This document shows positions 48,654 through 57,577 of a stretch of 64,000 nucleotides of DNA, one piece after another. The notes beneath the pieces were generated by a model. It was given only the letters and a program-made list of their open reading frames with translations. It was not told where the DNA came from and ran no database searches. Numbering within the stretch: position 1 is the stretch's first letter; each line of letters starts with the position of its first letter. The translations under genes and the position numbers were made by a program. Source of the DNA: an uncultured delta proteobacterium (lineage in GTDB: Bacteria > Desulfobacterota > Syntrophobacteria > BM002); contig CAVQGX010000006.1 in the NCBI GenBank assembly GCA_963712115.1, forward strand, positions 1 through 64,000. The letters run 5' to 3'.

Positions 48654-49208
48654 ATGAGCCCTGTTCTGACATCCTGTCCAAGAATTGGAGGACGGAAATT
48701 TTTTCTCCTCAGGCCTGCAGTACTTGGGGTGATTCTCTTATTGTTTTCTCCCTCCTGCTCCAAAGAAGACGAAGCTGAGAAAATCCGCAGTTTAATCAAG
48801 GAAGGGGCCGAGCTCGCCGAAAAACACGACCTGAGTGGGCTGATTAAATTTACCACCGAGGACTTTGTTGCCCAGCCCGGTAAGCATGATAGTCGAGAGG
48901 TCAGGAGGATACTCTGGTTCGCCTTCAACCATTATGGCAATTTCAGAATCATGTATCCTGAGCCAAGTGTCGATCTTGGGCCTGAAGGTCGAGACGGTTC
49001 AGCCAGAGTTTATTTCTTGATCGTCAAAAGAGAACAATCCGCGCCTAAAGTCAAAGACCTGTACAAAGATCCGAAGGGCTGGATTGAAGAGGTGGGTGAA
49101 AGTGCCGATCTCTATCGACTCAGCCTTGACTTGTTGAAAGAAAATGGAGATTGGTTGGTAAAAGGAGCCCTGCTTGAGCCTTTCAGGGGAACTGGATTCA
49201 GTGGCTAG
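48654..49208 (+). CDS. Hypothetical lipoprotein (NTF2-like fold suspected)
   Basis: Signal ending in SC, AEKHDLSGL..TEDF, and LLKENGDWLV. Confidence 0.65.
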   Translation: MSPVLTSCPRIGGRKFFLLRPAVLGVILLLFSPSCSKEDEAEKIRSLIKEGAELAEKHDLSGLIKFTTEDFVAQPGKHDSREVRRILWFAFNHYGNFRIMYPEPSVDLGPEGRDGSARVYFLIVKREQSAPKVKDLYKDPKGWIEEVGESADLYRLSLDLLKENGDWLVKGALLEPFRGTGFSG

Positions 49209-49217
49209 CAGATGGTT

Positions 49218-49415
49218 GACCACAGAGAGACGGAAGCCACGGAGGATATAGATTATCTCCGGCCTGGAGACAGTTAGTGTCAGTCGTCCGTTGTGGGTTC
49301 ACTTCGTTCAGCGCTTCGAGCATGGCGCTTGGCGCATGGAGTTTTCGTTTTAGCCCTCTGCTCCATGCTCTATGCCCCATGCCTTACAACGGACTACTGA
49401 CCACGGACCATGGAC
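49218..49415. repeat. Nested inverted heptamer arms
   Basis: Outer GTCAGTCGTCCGTTGT/ACAACGGACTACTGAC encloses GCATGGCGCTTGGCGCATGGAG/CTCCATGCTCTATGCCCCATGC. Confidence 0.8.
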
Positions 49416-49437
49416 AATATTAGGTGAGATATCCGGG

Positions 49438-51852
49438 TTAATCTACAGGCGGTTTAGTCTTGGGCAAGCAGACGGTAAAGGCCATATGACCTCCCTCGGA
49501 GGTATATGAGAGAAGACCTCCCATATTCTTCAGCAGACGGTAGCAAAGTGGCAATCCTATACTCTCACCGCCTTCAGCAAAAGGCATGAAGAGCAGTTCA
49601 GGGTGTTTAATTTCCTGTCCTGGGACTGGATTCTTGAACTCAATGCAGAAGTCCTGCTCACTCTCAAAGGTTCTTATGGCAAGAACGCCGCCGTTTTCCA
49701 TGGCTTCTGCTGCGTTGAGAATTAGATTGACAAAAATTTGCGTCAATATATCAGGATCTGTGTAGACCTCCGACAGATCTGGATGGAGTTTCAATTTGCA
49801 GGTAATCCTCCTGAGTTCCGTTTCGGGAGAGAGCAGATCCACACAATGAGCAATAATGCTGTTGACCGAGCACCCCTGAGGACGGACTTGTACTGGTTTG
49901 AGGTAGTTTCTTATTCTAGACAATATCCTTTCCAACCGTTGGGACTCCTGGAGAATAATCTCACATTCGGGTAGGTCCGGCAGTTTTTGTTGGAGGCGCC
50001 GGGCAAAGCCCCCAAGGGATACCAAAGGATTGCGGATTTCGTGAGCTACTTCTGCAGCGATGGTACCCAGGGTATTTAGCTTCTCCCTCTGGACGATGGC
50101 TTTTTCCAGTTGCTTCCGCTGGGTGACATCGAAGAACACTCCGCTCACATAGTCGATATTACCCTTTTCATCGCACACTATTTGTCCCCTGTCTTGTATC
50201 CAGAGGATTTCCCCGGATTTCGTCTCAATCCTGTATTCCCTCACATAAAATTTGTTTGTTTTTAAGGCTTGGACAAAAGCTCTCTTGGCAACCTCGAAGT
50301 CGCTATCTATGACAAGGTCGCGCCACTTTTTCTTTCGAGAGTTGAATTCCTCCATGCTGAAACCCGTAAGCAGCTCGATCTTTTCATCCATGAAATCCAC
50401 AGACCAGTCTTGGTATCCCCGGTAAACAATGCTTGGTATGCTATTTATTAAGTGGCGGTACCTGGTCTCACTTTCCCGGAGCTCTCCCTCGACCCTCTTT
50501 CGATCTTCTATCTCTCGTTTGAGCTGCTCGTTTGTGAACAACAGTTCGGCGGTACGCTCTTGCACTCGAAGCTCCAGCTCGGCATGCGCTCTCTGCAGGG
50601 CCTCCTCCGCCCGCTTGCGGTCGGTTATGTCTGTGAGCACGCCCAAACTTCCAGTGAATTGCCCCTCCGAATCGTAAAAACCCCTGGGGGATACGAGCGT
50701 ATATACTCTGCGACCGTCTTTTGCTCTCCAGTCGATCTCATAGCTCTTTGTTTCGCCTGTTCTACGTTTAGCCATCTCCTCTCTCATGAAGTCCTGGTAG
50801 TCTCCGTGGACGAATTCCAAAAGGTGATAGCCTACCATTTCCTCCCGAGAATATCCCAGCATTTCCGCAAGTTTTTCATTGACGAAAGTAAATATATAAT
50901 CACGGTCCGCCATGGCCAACCCCTCGTTCATCGTCTCTACAAGGTGGCGATAGCGTTCCTCACTTTCCCGCATTGTCTCCTCAGCAATCTTCCGATTAGT
51001 GATGTCACGAATCAGACCATCGTACGAGAGCAGATTTCTCTCCACGTCGTAGTTGGGCACCAGACTATTGCTCACCCACCTGATCTGACCATCCTTTCGC
51101 ATGATCCGATGTTCAATCGATCTGGGCTCGTGGCCGGCCAATATCTCGGAGGCCTGGGATCGGACAAGATCCTGATCTTCTTGCGGCACCATTCTAATCC
51201 ACAGAAAAGGATCTGCGCTAAATTCCTCTGTAGTGTAACCTGTCACCGCCACACAGTTCGGCCCGTGATAGGTTTCCGCAGGGTGACCGTTTGCCACCCG
51301 CACAGTAAATATGTAATCGGTTATGGCCTCGGTAATTCTCCGGTATCGACTCTCACTTTCACTCAGCGCCTTTTCAGCACGCTTGGCCTCGGTAATGTCA
51401 AGGGCAGTGAATATTACCCCTTGCGAAAGGTCCGCCGGATCTACGGGGGTTGATCTCAAATGAACTTCAATCGCTCTACCGTCTTTGCGCCGCCAGCGAG
51501 TTTCAATCCTTCCTATCCCCTTCTCCTCCATATCCTGGTATTTCTCCCGCCCGACACGCTCAAATTCCTCGTCGTTTTCATAAAGAATTCTGGCGCTTTG
51601 ACCAATCAATTCGTCTCCAGAATATCCGAGCATTTCACACATATGGTCACTCAGCCAGTTCAGCACTCTATTGTGAACCAGGCCGATACCTATGGGCGCT
51701 GCTTTCAAAATGGACTTGATTGATGCTTCCCTCTCTTTAAGCGTTTCTGCTACCTTTAAACCATCTGTTTCTAATCTGCCACAGAGCTGGCGCAGCTCAA
51801 CCAGTTCATTGATGAGCTGTTTTTTAGTTTTATTTTCGTCTTTCATTGTCAT
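49438..51852 (-). CDS. Multi-PAS sensor histidine kinase
   Basis: Four PAS/PAC repeats ending DIT/DVT and H-box AHEIRNP. G1/G2 are atypical (FKNPV, SIGLPLC). Confidence 0.92.
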   Translation of the reverse strand: MTMKDENKTKKQLINELVELRQLCGRLETDGLKVAETLKEREASIKSILKAAPIGIGLVHNRVLNWLSDHMCEMLGYSGDELIGQSARILYENDEEFERVGREKYQDMEEKGIGRIETRWRRKDGRAIEVHLRSTPVDPADLSQGVIFTALDITEAKRAEKALSESESRYRRITEAITDYIFTVRVANGHPAETYHGPNCVAVTGYTTEEFSADPFLWIRMVPQEDQDLVRSQASEILAGHEPRSIEHRIMRKDGQIRWVSNSLVPNYDVERNLLSYDGLIRDITNRKIAEETMRESEERYRHLVETMNEGLAMADRDYIFTFVNEKLAEMLGYSREEMVGYHLLEFVHGDYQDFMREEMAKRRTGETKSYEIDWRAKDGRRVYTLVSPRGFYDSEGQFTGSLGVLTDITDRKRAEEALQRAHAELELRVQERTAELLFTNEQLKREIEDRKRVEGELRESETRYRHLINSIPSIVYRGYQDWSVDFMDEKIELLTGFSMEEFNSRKKKWRDLVIDSDFEVAKRAFVQALKTNKFYVREYRIETKSGEILWIQDRGQIVCDEKGNIDYVSGVFFDVTQRKQLEKAIVQREKLNTLGTIAAEVAHEIRNPLVSLGGFARRLQQKLPDLPECEIILQESQRLERILSRIRNYLKPVQVRPQGCSVNSIIAHCVDLLSPETELRRITCKLKLHPDLSEVYTDPDILTQIFVNLILNAAEAMENGGVLAIRTFESEQDFCIEFKNPVPGQEIKHPELLFMPFAEGGESIGLPLCYRLLKNMGGLLSYTSEGGHMAFTVCLPKTKPPVD

Positions 51853-51989
51853 GCCTTATGCTTGGTGAATATTTGGCTTGGATAGGTAACATTACAGGAG
51901 GAAAGGAAGAGTTTCAAGAGGAAGATGGTCAGGAGTTACCCCATTTTTTCCTCGCGTGATTTGCCCATCTGCTGTGGTGGCTTGTTGGT

Positions 51990-52160
51990 TTGGCGAGACG
52001 GGCGAGACGAGTAATATCCGACCCCTGTCTCACCCGACCTCACGCTGAGTTTACCCTGAGTGAGCTTGCCCTGAGCCTATCGAAGGGTCGAAGGGCCCGA
52101 TTTCCCGTCTCGTTGGGTTTTGCCCTTTGCCTCGATTGTGTTTTGTGGCCCTTGTGGTTA
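51990..52160. repeat. Composite repeat with a self-nested CCCTGAG..TCGAAGGG element
   Basis: ACCCTGAGT[GAGCTTGCCCTGAGCCTATCGAAGGG]TCGAAGGGC, flanked by CGAGACGGG/CCCGTCTCG arms. Confidence 0.7.
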
Positions 52161-52243
52161 GCTTAAGTGGCCGAAAAACTGATCGATTTTTGTTTTGAGC
52201 AAGAGTCTGTTGACATTACTAGTATTATGGTGAAGGGTATTGT

Positions 52244-53137
52244 ATGGGACAAAAACTGAGGGGCGAACTATTGCACTACTCAATTATCACCAATCCCGTC
52301 TCAGGCGGAATGGCGGTGGACCAAAAGCGCTCTGCCTTGGCAAAAGCTGCGGAGATCCTCAAAGCAAGTATACACGGGCTTGACACTGCATCAGCCGAGG
52401 ACTTCAGCGATTGTGCCAGGGATCTTGCCAGCCGATGCCAAGTACTGGTAGTCGCCGGGGGAGATGGGACTCTCTCCGACATTATCAATTCTATTGATAC
52501 CACCAGAACACCAATAGGATTTCTCCCTCTGGGGACCGGTAATGCCATGCTGCACGGTTTGAAATACAAGGGCGATCTAGCCGACATTGCCAGGCGAATA
52601 AGAGACGGGAAGATTCACCAATTCGACCTGATCAGTTGCGATGAAAAAAGACGCGCTTTCATAGCTTCGGTGGGGATCGAAGGTACGATAATACGGCTTT
52701 GGCAACAATCCCGTGATCGAGGGAGTTCTGGCTTCAAGGCCTACTTCCTTGCTACCTTGAGCTCATATTTTAAAGAATATAAACGAGCCAACGGTATGAT
52801 TGACTTGGATGGGGAAAGGTTTGAAGCTAAAAATCTTTTGAGTCTGATGATAATGAAACAACCCTATTTTGGCTTCGGCATGAAAGTTATGCCTAAAGCA
52901 CGATTTGATGATGGGCAACTGCACATTCGCTGCATCAATTCTGGCCTTCTCAAGACTTCCTTTGGGATACTAACTGCATTTACTCTGGGCAATTTAACTG
53001 GCCGATATCTTACTGGTAAGGAGCTGACCCTGAAGTTGGACCGTCCGCTGGTGTTGCAATGTGATGGGAACGAGGGCTGGGAGGCTGACTCCTTTTACTT
53101 CAAGATTTTACCCAAAGCTCTAAAGATTAAATGTTAG
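52244..53137 (+). CDS. Diacylglycerol kinase family lipid kinase
   Basis: NPVSG, GGDGT, LPLGTGN, DDGQL and QCDG. Confidence 0.92.
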   Translation: MGQKLRGELLHYSIITNPVSGGMAVDQKRSALAKAAEILKASIHGLDTASAEDFSDCARDLASRCQVLVVAGGDGTLSDIINSIDTTRTPIGFLPLGTGNAMLHGLKYKGDLADIARRIRDGKIHQFDLISCDEKRRAFIASVGIEGTIIRLWQQSRDRGSSGFKAYFLATLSSYFKEYKRANGMIDLDGERFEAKNLLSLMIMKQPYFGFGMKVMPKARFDDGQLHIRCINSGLLKTSFGILTAFTLGNLTGRYLTGKELTLKLDRPLVLQCDGNEGWEADSFYFKILPKALKIKC

Positions 53138-54027
53138 AAACAGCGAATAAACCTGAAGAGATTCCCTCCCCTTGGGAAGAGTTGGATCTGTCTGAACTCA
53201 GCGGAACCATGATGATCGTAGGGGCTTCGGATGTGGGCAAATCCACTTTCTCCCGTTACCTCTTCAAACGTCTATGTACGATCTATCCTCGGGTGGCATA
53301 TCTGGATGGCGACCCGGGTCAATCCACCTTGGGACCTCCCGGCACCATGACTCTGGCCATGGCTAACAATGTCGATGACACCTTCCCACCTCGGGGACGC
53401 AGGTGGCGAAAATTTGTCGGCTCCGTTTCGCCGGTCGGTAACATGTTAGCCGTGCTGACCTGCGCAGCCCGCCTGTTGGAAGCAGCTCGGGAAGCAGAGG
53501 CGCAAGCAGTAATCTATGACACTACCGGCCTGATAGAAGCCGCCCGGGGGGGAATTCATCTCAAACTGGCAAAGATTGATCTCTTGCGCCCCGCGGTGCT
53601 CTTTGCCCTCCAGCGCGAGCAAGAATTGAAGACTCTGTTGCTGCCCCTGCGCCGAAGACGCCATATCTTAGTTTTAGAGTTTTCCCCGTCCTCGGCGGCG
53701 CAACGACGAGATATACCAGTTCGCAAGGCACACCGTGCCGCACAATTCGCCCAATACTTCACCAACGGTTCTCAACTCAGGGTGAACTGGACCCAGTTTG
53801 CTGTGTTGCCTGCGCCGCGATTCAATCTCCACCGCTTGGTGGCATTGGAAGATGCAGATGGTTTCACCATCGGCCTGGGCATTGTGGTGCAGATTGATCG
53901 GTTTTACAGGCAGGTCATATTGCACACACCGGTAGACACACTTAACGGGGTAGATGTTATCCGGCTTGGGGATTTGCTGGTTGATCCGCTAACTTTTGAA
54001 GATAGTCCTCTCACCGGTAAATACTGA
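53131..54027 (+). CDS. Clp1/Nol9-family polynucleotide 5'-OH kinase
   Basis: Walker A GASDVGKST, LDGDPGQ..GPP, DTTG, and a lid-like R..HR..F..YF. Confidence 0.85.
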   Translation: MLETANKPEEIPSPWEELDLSELSGTMMIVGASDVGKSTFSRYLFKRLCTIYPRVAYLDGDPGQSTLGPPGTMTLAMANNVDDTFPPRGRRWRKFVGSVSPVGNMLAVLTCAARLLEAAREAEAQAVIYDTTGLIEAARGGIHLKLAKIDLLRPAVLFALQREQELKTLLLPLRRRRHILVLEFSPSSAAQRRDIPVRKAHRAAQFAQYFTNGSQLRVNWTQFAVLPAPRFNLHRLVALEDADGFTIGLGIVVQIDRFYRQVILHTPVDTLNGVDVIRLGDLLVDPLTFEDSPLTGKY

Positions 54028-54141
54028 TCCAGGAAGTTTTTCCCAGACAGCAACCAGTCGCACGCGAGGACAGGGTGAGCTGCGAGGTAATAGGTCATGG
54101 GATGCCTCCTACCCATAACCCATTACCTTTGACAGAAAATT

Positions 54142-54681
54142 TTAGCTTTTGTACTCCAAAACCAGGCCTGTGTAGGTTCCATCATCGGCCCGGACTATGT
54201 CGTCCTGGCTGCTAGGGTCGCTTAGGTCAGGTGCGCTCATCCTATCTTTGCCCATGCTGAAAAGATCGAAGTCTTCATTCAGCGAAGAGGATTTGCCGCT
54301 GCCCTTGCCTTTGCCCTTGTTCTTCTTTCCTGTTGTTCGCCTAATTTCTTCCCCCCCGGATGTGGTATCGAAATTGATATACTGATAAGGCGTCTTCCAA
54401 GGGTCCAGCATAGCTGAGCGATCTAGCTCAGCAAGGCTGTCTGGTAGCCGGTCGTTGGTGTGCCAGAACTCCAATATTTCTTTTTCCAGTACCCGGATCT
54501 CCGCTATGGCGCGGGTATTCTTGGCTCTGTCGATGAAATGAGAGTAGACTCCCATTCCTATAATAGTGAGAAGAGCAAGCACACCTAGGACCACGATTAG
54601 CTCTATTAGAGTAAACCCTCGAGACCATCGAGTCCTTTTAGGGCAAGCAAATGGAAGAGTGTTCCTATTCAAAATTGGCAT
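54142..54681 (-). CDS. Prepilin-type (GspG/pseudopilin-like) protein
   Basis: GFTLIELIVV cleavage site, DPWKTPYQY and FDLFSMGKD. Confidence 0.88.
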   Translation of the reverse strand: MPILNRNTLPFACPKRTRWSRGFTLIELIVVLGVLALLTIIGMGVYSHFIDRAKNTRAIAEIRVLEKEILEFWHTNDRLPDSLAELDRSAMLDPWKTPYQYINFDTTSGGEEIRRTTGKKNKGKGKGSGKSSSLNEDFDLFSMGKDRMSAPDLSDPSSQDDIVRADDGTYTGLVLEYKS

Positions 54682-54717
54682 ACACCCTCTCTTGGAGTGT
54701 TACTGCATCGCTTATTT

Positions 54718-55371
54718 CTATGAAGCCGTTAATTCTTCCGTAGAACTTTTATCCTCTGGCTCTCCATTCTCTTCAGAACTAACCCGAAAATACTTGACCT
54801 GATCTATAAGATCTTCAAGAAGCTGACGATGTTGTTTAAAGAGCTCTTGATCAGGATTTTGTCCTCCATGGTCATTGTTTGACCCTTGCTCGAGGGCCGT
54901 CAATGAATCGAGAGCTCTTGAGCCTGCTTGCTGCATGGATTCACACTGACCTGCGAGAGCATCTATCATCTCATTCAGAGACTCATTTTCTCGGTGCAAG
55001 TAATCGTTTTTTCTTATCTGCACCCGGAAGTTCAAAACCCCTTTGGCAATTTCTGCAAAAGCCCAACGAAACCGATAAAGGGGGCCTATGAGTCGATGGA
55101 AGATACGTACCGAATGAATGCCCAAAACGCACACCATGGCGATGATTGCCGGCCACACCCGTGAATGAAGAGTAAGAAGTTTTTCGGCAGCTGCCGCACG
55201 AACTTCCCAACTCAAATCTTCATTGCTCATGGCCATTATGTCGGGAACAAATAGGCAGACTATAAGAAACAGCACGATCACCAGACTGTAAGTGACGATT
55301 ATGGCCAAGACTCTATATTGGAGCGACCGATCGACGATAGAATATTGCTGACGCCTCGTCCTTGCTGTCAT
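54718..55371 (-). CDS. Two-TM membrane protein with HAMP-like region
   Basis: RRQQY.IVDRSLQ, HRLIGPLYRF..G.L..RVQIRKND. Confidence 0.75.
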   Translation of the reverse strand: MTARTRRQQYSIVDRSLQYRVLAIIVTYSLVIVLFLIVCLFVPDIMAMSNEDLSWEVRAAAAEKLLTLHSRVWPAIIAMVCVLGIHSVRIFHRLIGPLYRFRWAFAEIAKGVLNFRVQIRKNDYLHRENESLNEMIDALAGQCESMQQAGSRALDSLTALEQGSNNDHGGQNPDQELFKQHRQLLEDLIDQVKYFRVSSEENGEPEDKSSTEELTAS

Positions 55372-55464
55372 GACTACTCCTCATGGGCATTTTGGTGAAA
55401 CCCCGGCCCATTTACAAAAATGCAGAGTGAGAACTAGTACTTAGATTTCTTGTCTTTTCGCAGA

Positions 55465-55480
55465 TGCAGAACTTATGCCA
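55465..55480 (-). promoter_or_regulatory. Probable sigma-54 promoter TGGCAT-AAGTT-CTGCA
   Basis: GG-N10-GC upstream of the HAMP/pseudopilin pair. Confidence 0.6.
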
Positions 55481-55636
55481 AGAAAAGCAAAAGAGAATGG
55501 TTTTGTCTGGTGTTTGGCAGACTAGACCACTTTCCCGTTTACTCTCTTCCACGCTATGCGCTACCATGTCCTGTCGAAGAATGCCCTCTGGGCTCAGCCT
55601 AAATCGTTCTCTTTTATTTAGAAATAGGGAGGTAAC

Positions 55637-56614
55637 ATGGCAAAAGCGATTATTATGTATGATACTGGTGGTCCCGAGGTTCTCCGTTGGGAGGAGTATG
55701 ATCCGGGGAAGCCGGGCCCGGGGGAGGTCTTGCTTCGTCATGAAGCTGTGGGCTTGAATTACATCGACATATATCACCGCTCCGGCCTTTACCCCTTGCC
55801 CTCTCTTCCCGGGATACCGGGCATGGAAGGTGGAGGTGTTGTGGAGGCCATTGGTGAGTCAGTAACTGAAGTCGCCGTGGGGGAGCGGGTGGCCTATGCC
55901 GGACTTCCTCCTGGTGCTTACGCCGAGGCCAGAATCATTCCGGCCCACCGTCTGGTAAAGCTTCCCGATTCCATCTCCACCCGGCAAGGTGCGGCCATGA
56001 TGCTCCAGGGCATGACCGCGAGGTATCTTCTCCACGGCTGTTACAAGGTTAAAACCGGTGACACTATCTTGATTCAGGCAGCCGCGGGAGGCGTCGGCTT
56101 GATTGTTTGCCAGTGGGCCAAATATCTGGGCGCTACAGTAATCGGTACGGTGGGATCCCCGGAGAAGGCGGAATTAGCTCAAAGTCACGGTTGCCATTAT
56201 CCCATCCTCTACCAAGAGGAGGACTTTGTTTCGAGAGTTAAGGAGATTACTCAAGGGAAGGGCGTTGATGTGGTGTACGATTCAGTGGGCCAGGCCACCT
56301 TTATGAAGTCCCTGGATTGCTTGCGGCCCCTGGGAATGATGGTGAGCTTCGGTCAGGCTTCTGGGCCGATCCCGCCTTTTGATCTTGGAATTCTCGCTGC
56401 CAAGGGCTCTTTGTTCCTCACCCGACCAAGTCTCATGGCCTACACAGCAAAGAGGGAGGATCTCCTTGCTCACGCCCAAGACCTATTCGAGGTAGTGGAA
56501 AAAGGCGCGGTCAAGATAGAAATACGCCAGACCTATGCCCTGGCTGAAGCGGTCCAGGCCCACCGCGATCTCGAGGGTCGCAAGACCACCGGCTCGACAG
56601 TGTTAATTCCCTGA
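55637..56614 (+). CDS. qor: NADPH:quinone oxidoreductase (zeta-crystallin/MDR family)
   Basis: GGPEVL, GLNYIDIYHRSGLY, AAAGGVG, KGSLFLTRPSL and RKTTGSTVL. Confidence 0.95.
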   Translation: MAKAIIMYDTGGPEVLRWEEYDPGKPGPGEVLLRHEAVGLNYIDIYHRSGLYPLPSLPGIPGMEGGGVVEAIGESVTEVAVGERVAYAGLPPGAYAEARIIPAHRLVKLPDSISTRQGAAMMLQGMTARYLLHGCYKVKTGDTILIQAAAGGVGLIVCQWAKYLGATVIGTVGSPEKAELAQSHGCHYPILYQEEDFVSRVKEITQGKGVDVVYDSVGQATFMKSLDCLRPLGMMVSFGQASGPIPPFDLGILAAKGSLFLTRPSLMAYTAKREDLLAHAQDLFEVVEKGAVKIEIRQTYALAEAVQAHRDLEGRKTTGSTVLIP

Positions 56615-56640
56615 ATCAAAGGCTAAAACATAGTCCGTCT

Positions 56641-56891
56641 GGAATTTGCTTGGATGATCATTTATTAACCATTGATGTGATGATTTTGCTTGGGCAGGGG
56701 GATTTCCGAGGCAAAGTGCATCTGAGCCACCGGTGTCTTGCTTTGGCAGCCTGGAATGACTTTCATCTGCGTCGGCGGCAGCCTTATTGCGGAGCGACGA
56801 ACCGCAGTCCAACTGATGCGAATATGCAGCTCTGTCGAGGAGTTCTCCCTGGCCAAGCCGGCGCTTTGATCATGCTATCCAAGCAAATTCC
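56641..56891 (+). mobile_element. ~250-bp long-hairpin element, copy 2
   Basis: Perfect 15-bp terminal IR GGAATTTGCTTGGAT; homologous to 26139-26392. Confidence 0.75.
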
Positions 56892-56914
56892 GCAGACCTT
56901 AAAACTGGAAGAGA

Positions 56915-56951
56915 CAACTGTAAGTGCAGATTTAACCTGCACTTACAGTTG
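56915..56951. terminator. Perfect 15-bp hairpin between convergent genes (possible bidirectional terminator)
   Basis: CAACTGTAAGTGCAG-N7-CTGCACTTACAGTTG. Confidence 0.55.
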
Positions 56952-56987
56952 ACTAGGGCTAGTTATGCTTCGCCAGGCAGTTTCTTC

Positions 56988-57434
56988 CTACGAGGTAAAA
57001 AGACAGATTTTGCAATGTCTGGCGTATTTCAGAAAATCCTCAGCTGACCAAACGACTACGTCATCTATCAGTTTATTCTCATCAATTTCCATCATGTCCA
57101 CCGTCATCTTGCAGGCGATCAGCTCGACCCCTTCGAGTTGGGCCACCTCCTGGAGTTCAGCCAGGCTGGGAATGTTAGCCTTGGTAATCTTTTTCTTCAT
57201 CATCCCCGTGGCAATGCTGGACATCCCCGGAATGGCTCCCATGACTCCGGGGGGGATGAACTTGGCCCTCTCGGCACCGCCTTTGAGCACCATGTTCAAA
57301 CCCATAAATGAGTAAAAGATCTTGCTCTCCATCCCCTGGCGAGCTGCGTTGATCGCCAGCACCAGTGAGGGATAAGCCCCATCAAGGGTGTCCTTCACGC
57401 AAATGAAGGCAGCTTTTTCTTTCTCTTCAGCCAT
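56988..57434 (-). CDS. DsrE2-like (DsrE/DsrF/DrsH family) protein
   Basis: AYPSLVLA..IFYSFMGL..IPSLAEL..ACKMTVDMM. Confidence 0.88.
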   Translation of the reverse strand: MAEEKEKAAFICVKDTLDGAYPSLVLAINAARQGMESKIFYSFMGLNMVLKGGAERAKFIPPGVMGAIPGMSSIATGMMKKKITKANIPSLAELQEVAQLEGVELIACKMTVDMMEIDENKLIDDVVVWSAEDFLKYARHCKICLFTS

Positions 57435-57577
57435 TGATTTTCCTCCTTGACTAAAACACTAGGAAACCAAAGGTAAAGTTTCCTTGGTTGAATTTTCTTA
57501 CAAAACCTCTTTTTACTTCTTACAAGTGAGACCATTGTAGACTTGCCACTGACCCAAAGGATGTTCTCTATTTTTAA

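Noticed and set aside
50452-51453. Long antisense ORFs (e.g. 50452-51453, 28985-29752, 18352-19074, 2958-3764, 4538-5230)
   Set aside because: They are shadows of well-supported genes on the opposite strand and show no recognisable motifs.
13901-52160. CRISPR or TIGR-like arrays in the repeat-rich spacers
   Set aside because: There is no constant repeat alternating with unique equal-length spacers, and no cas or tas genes.
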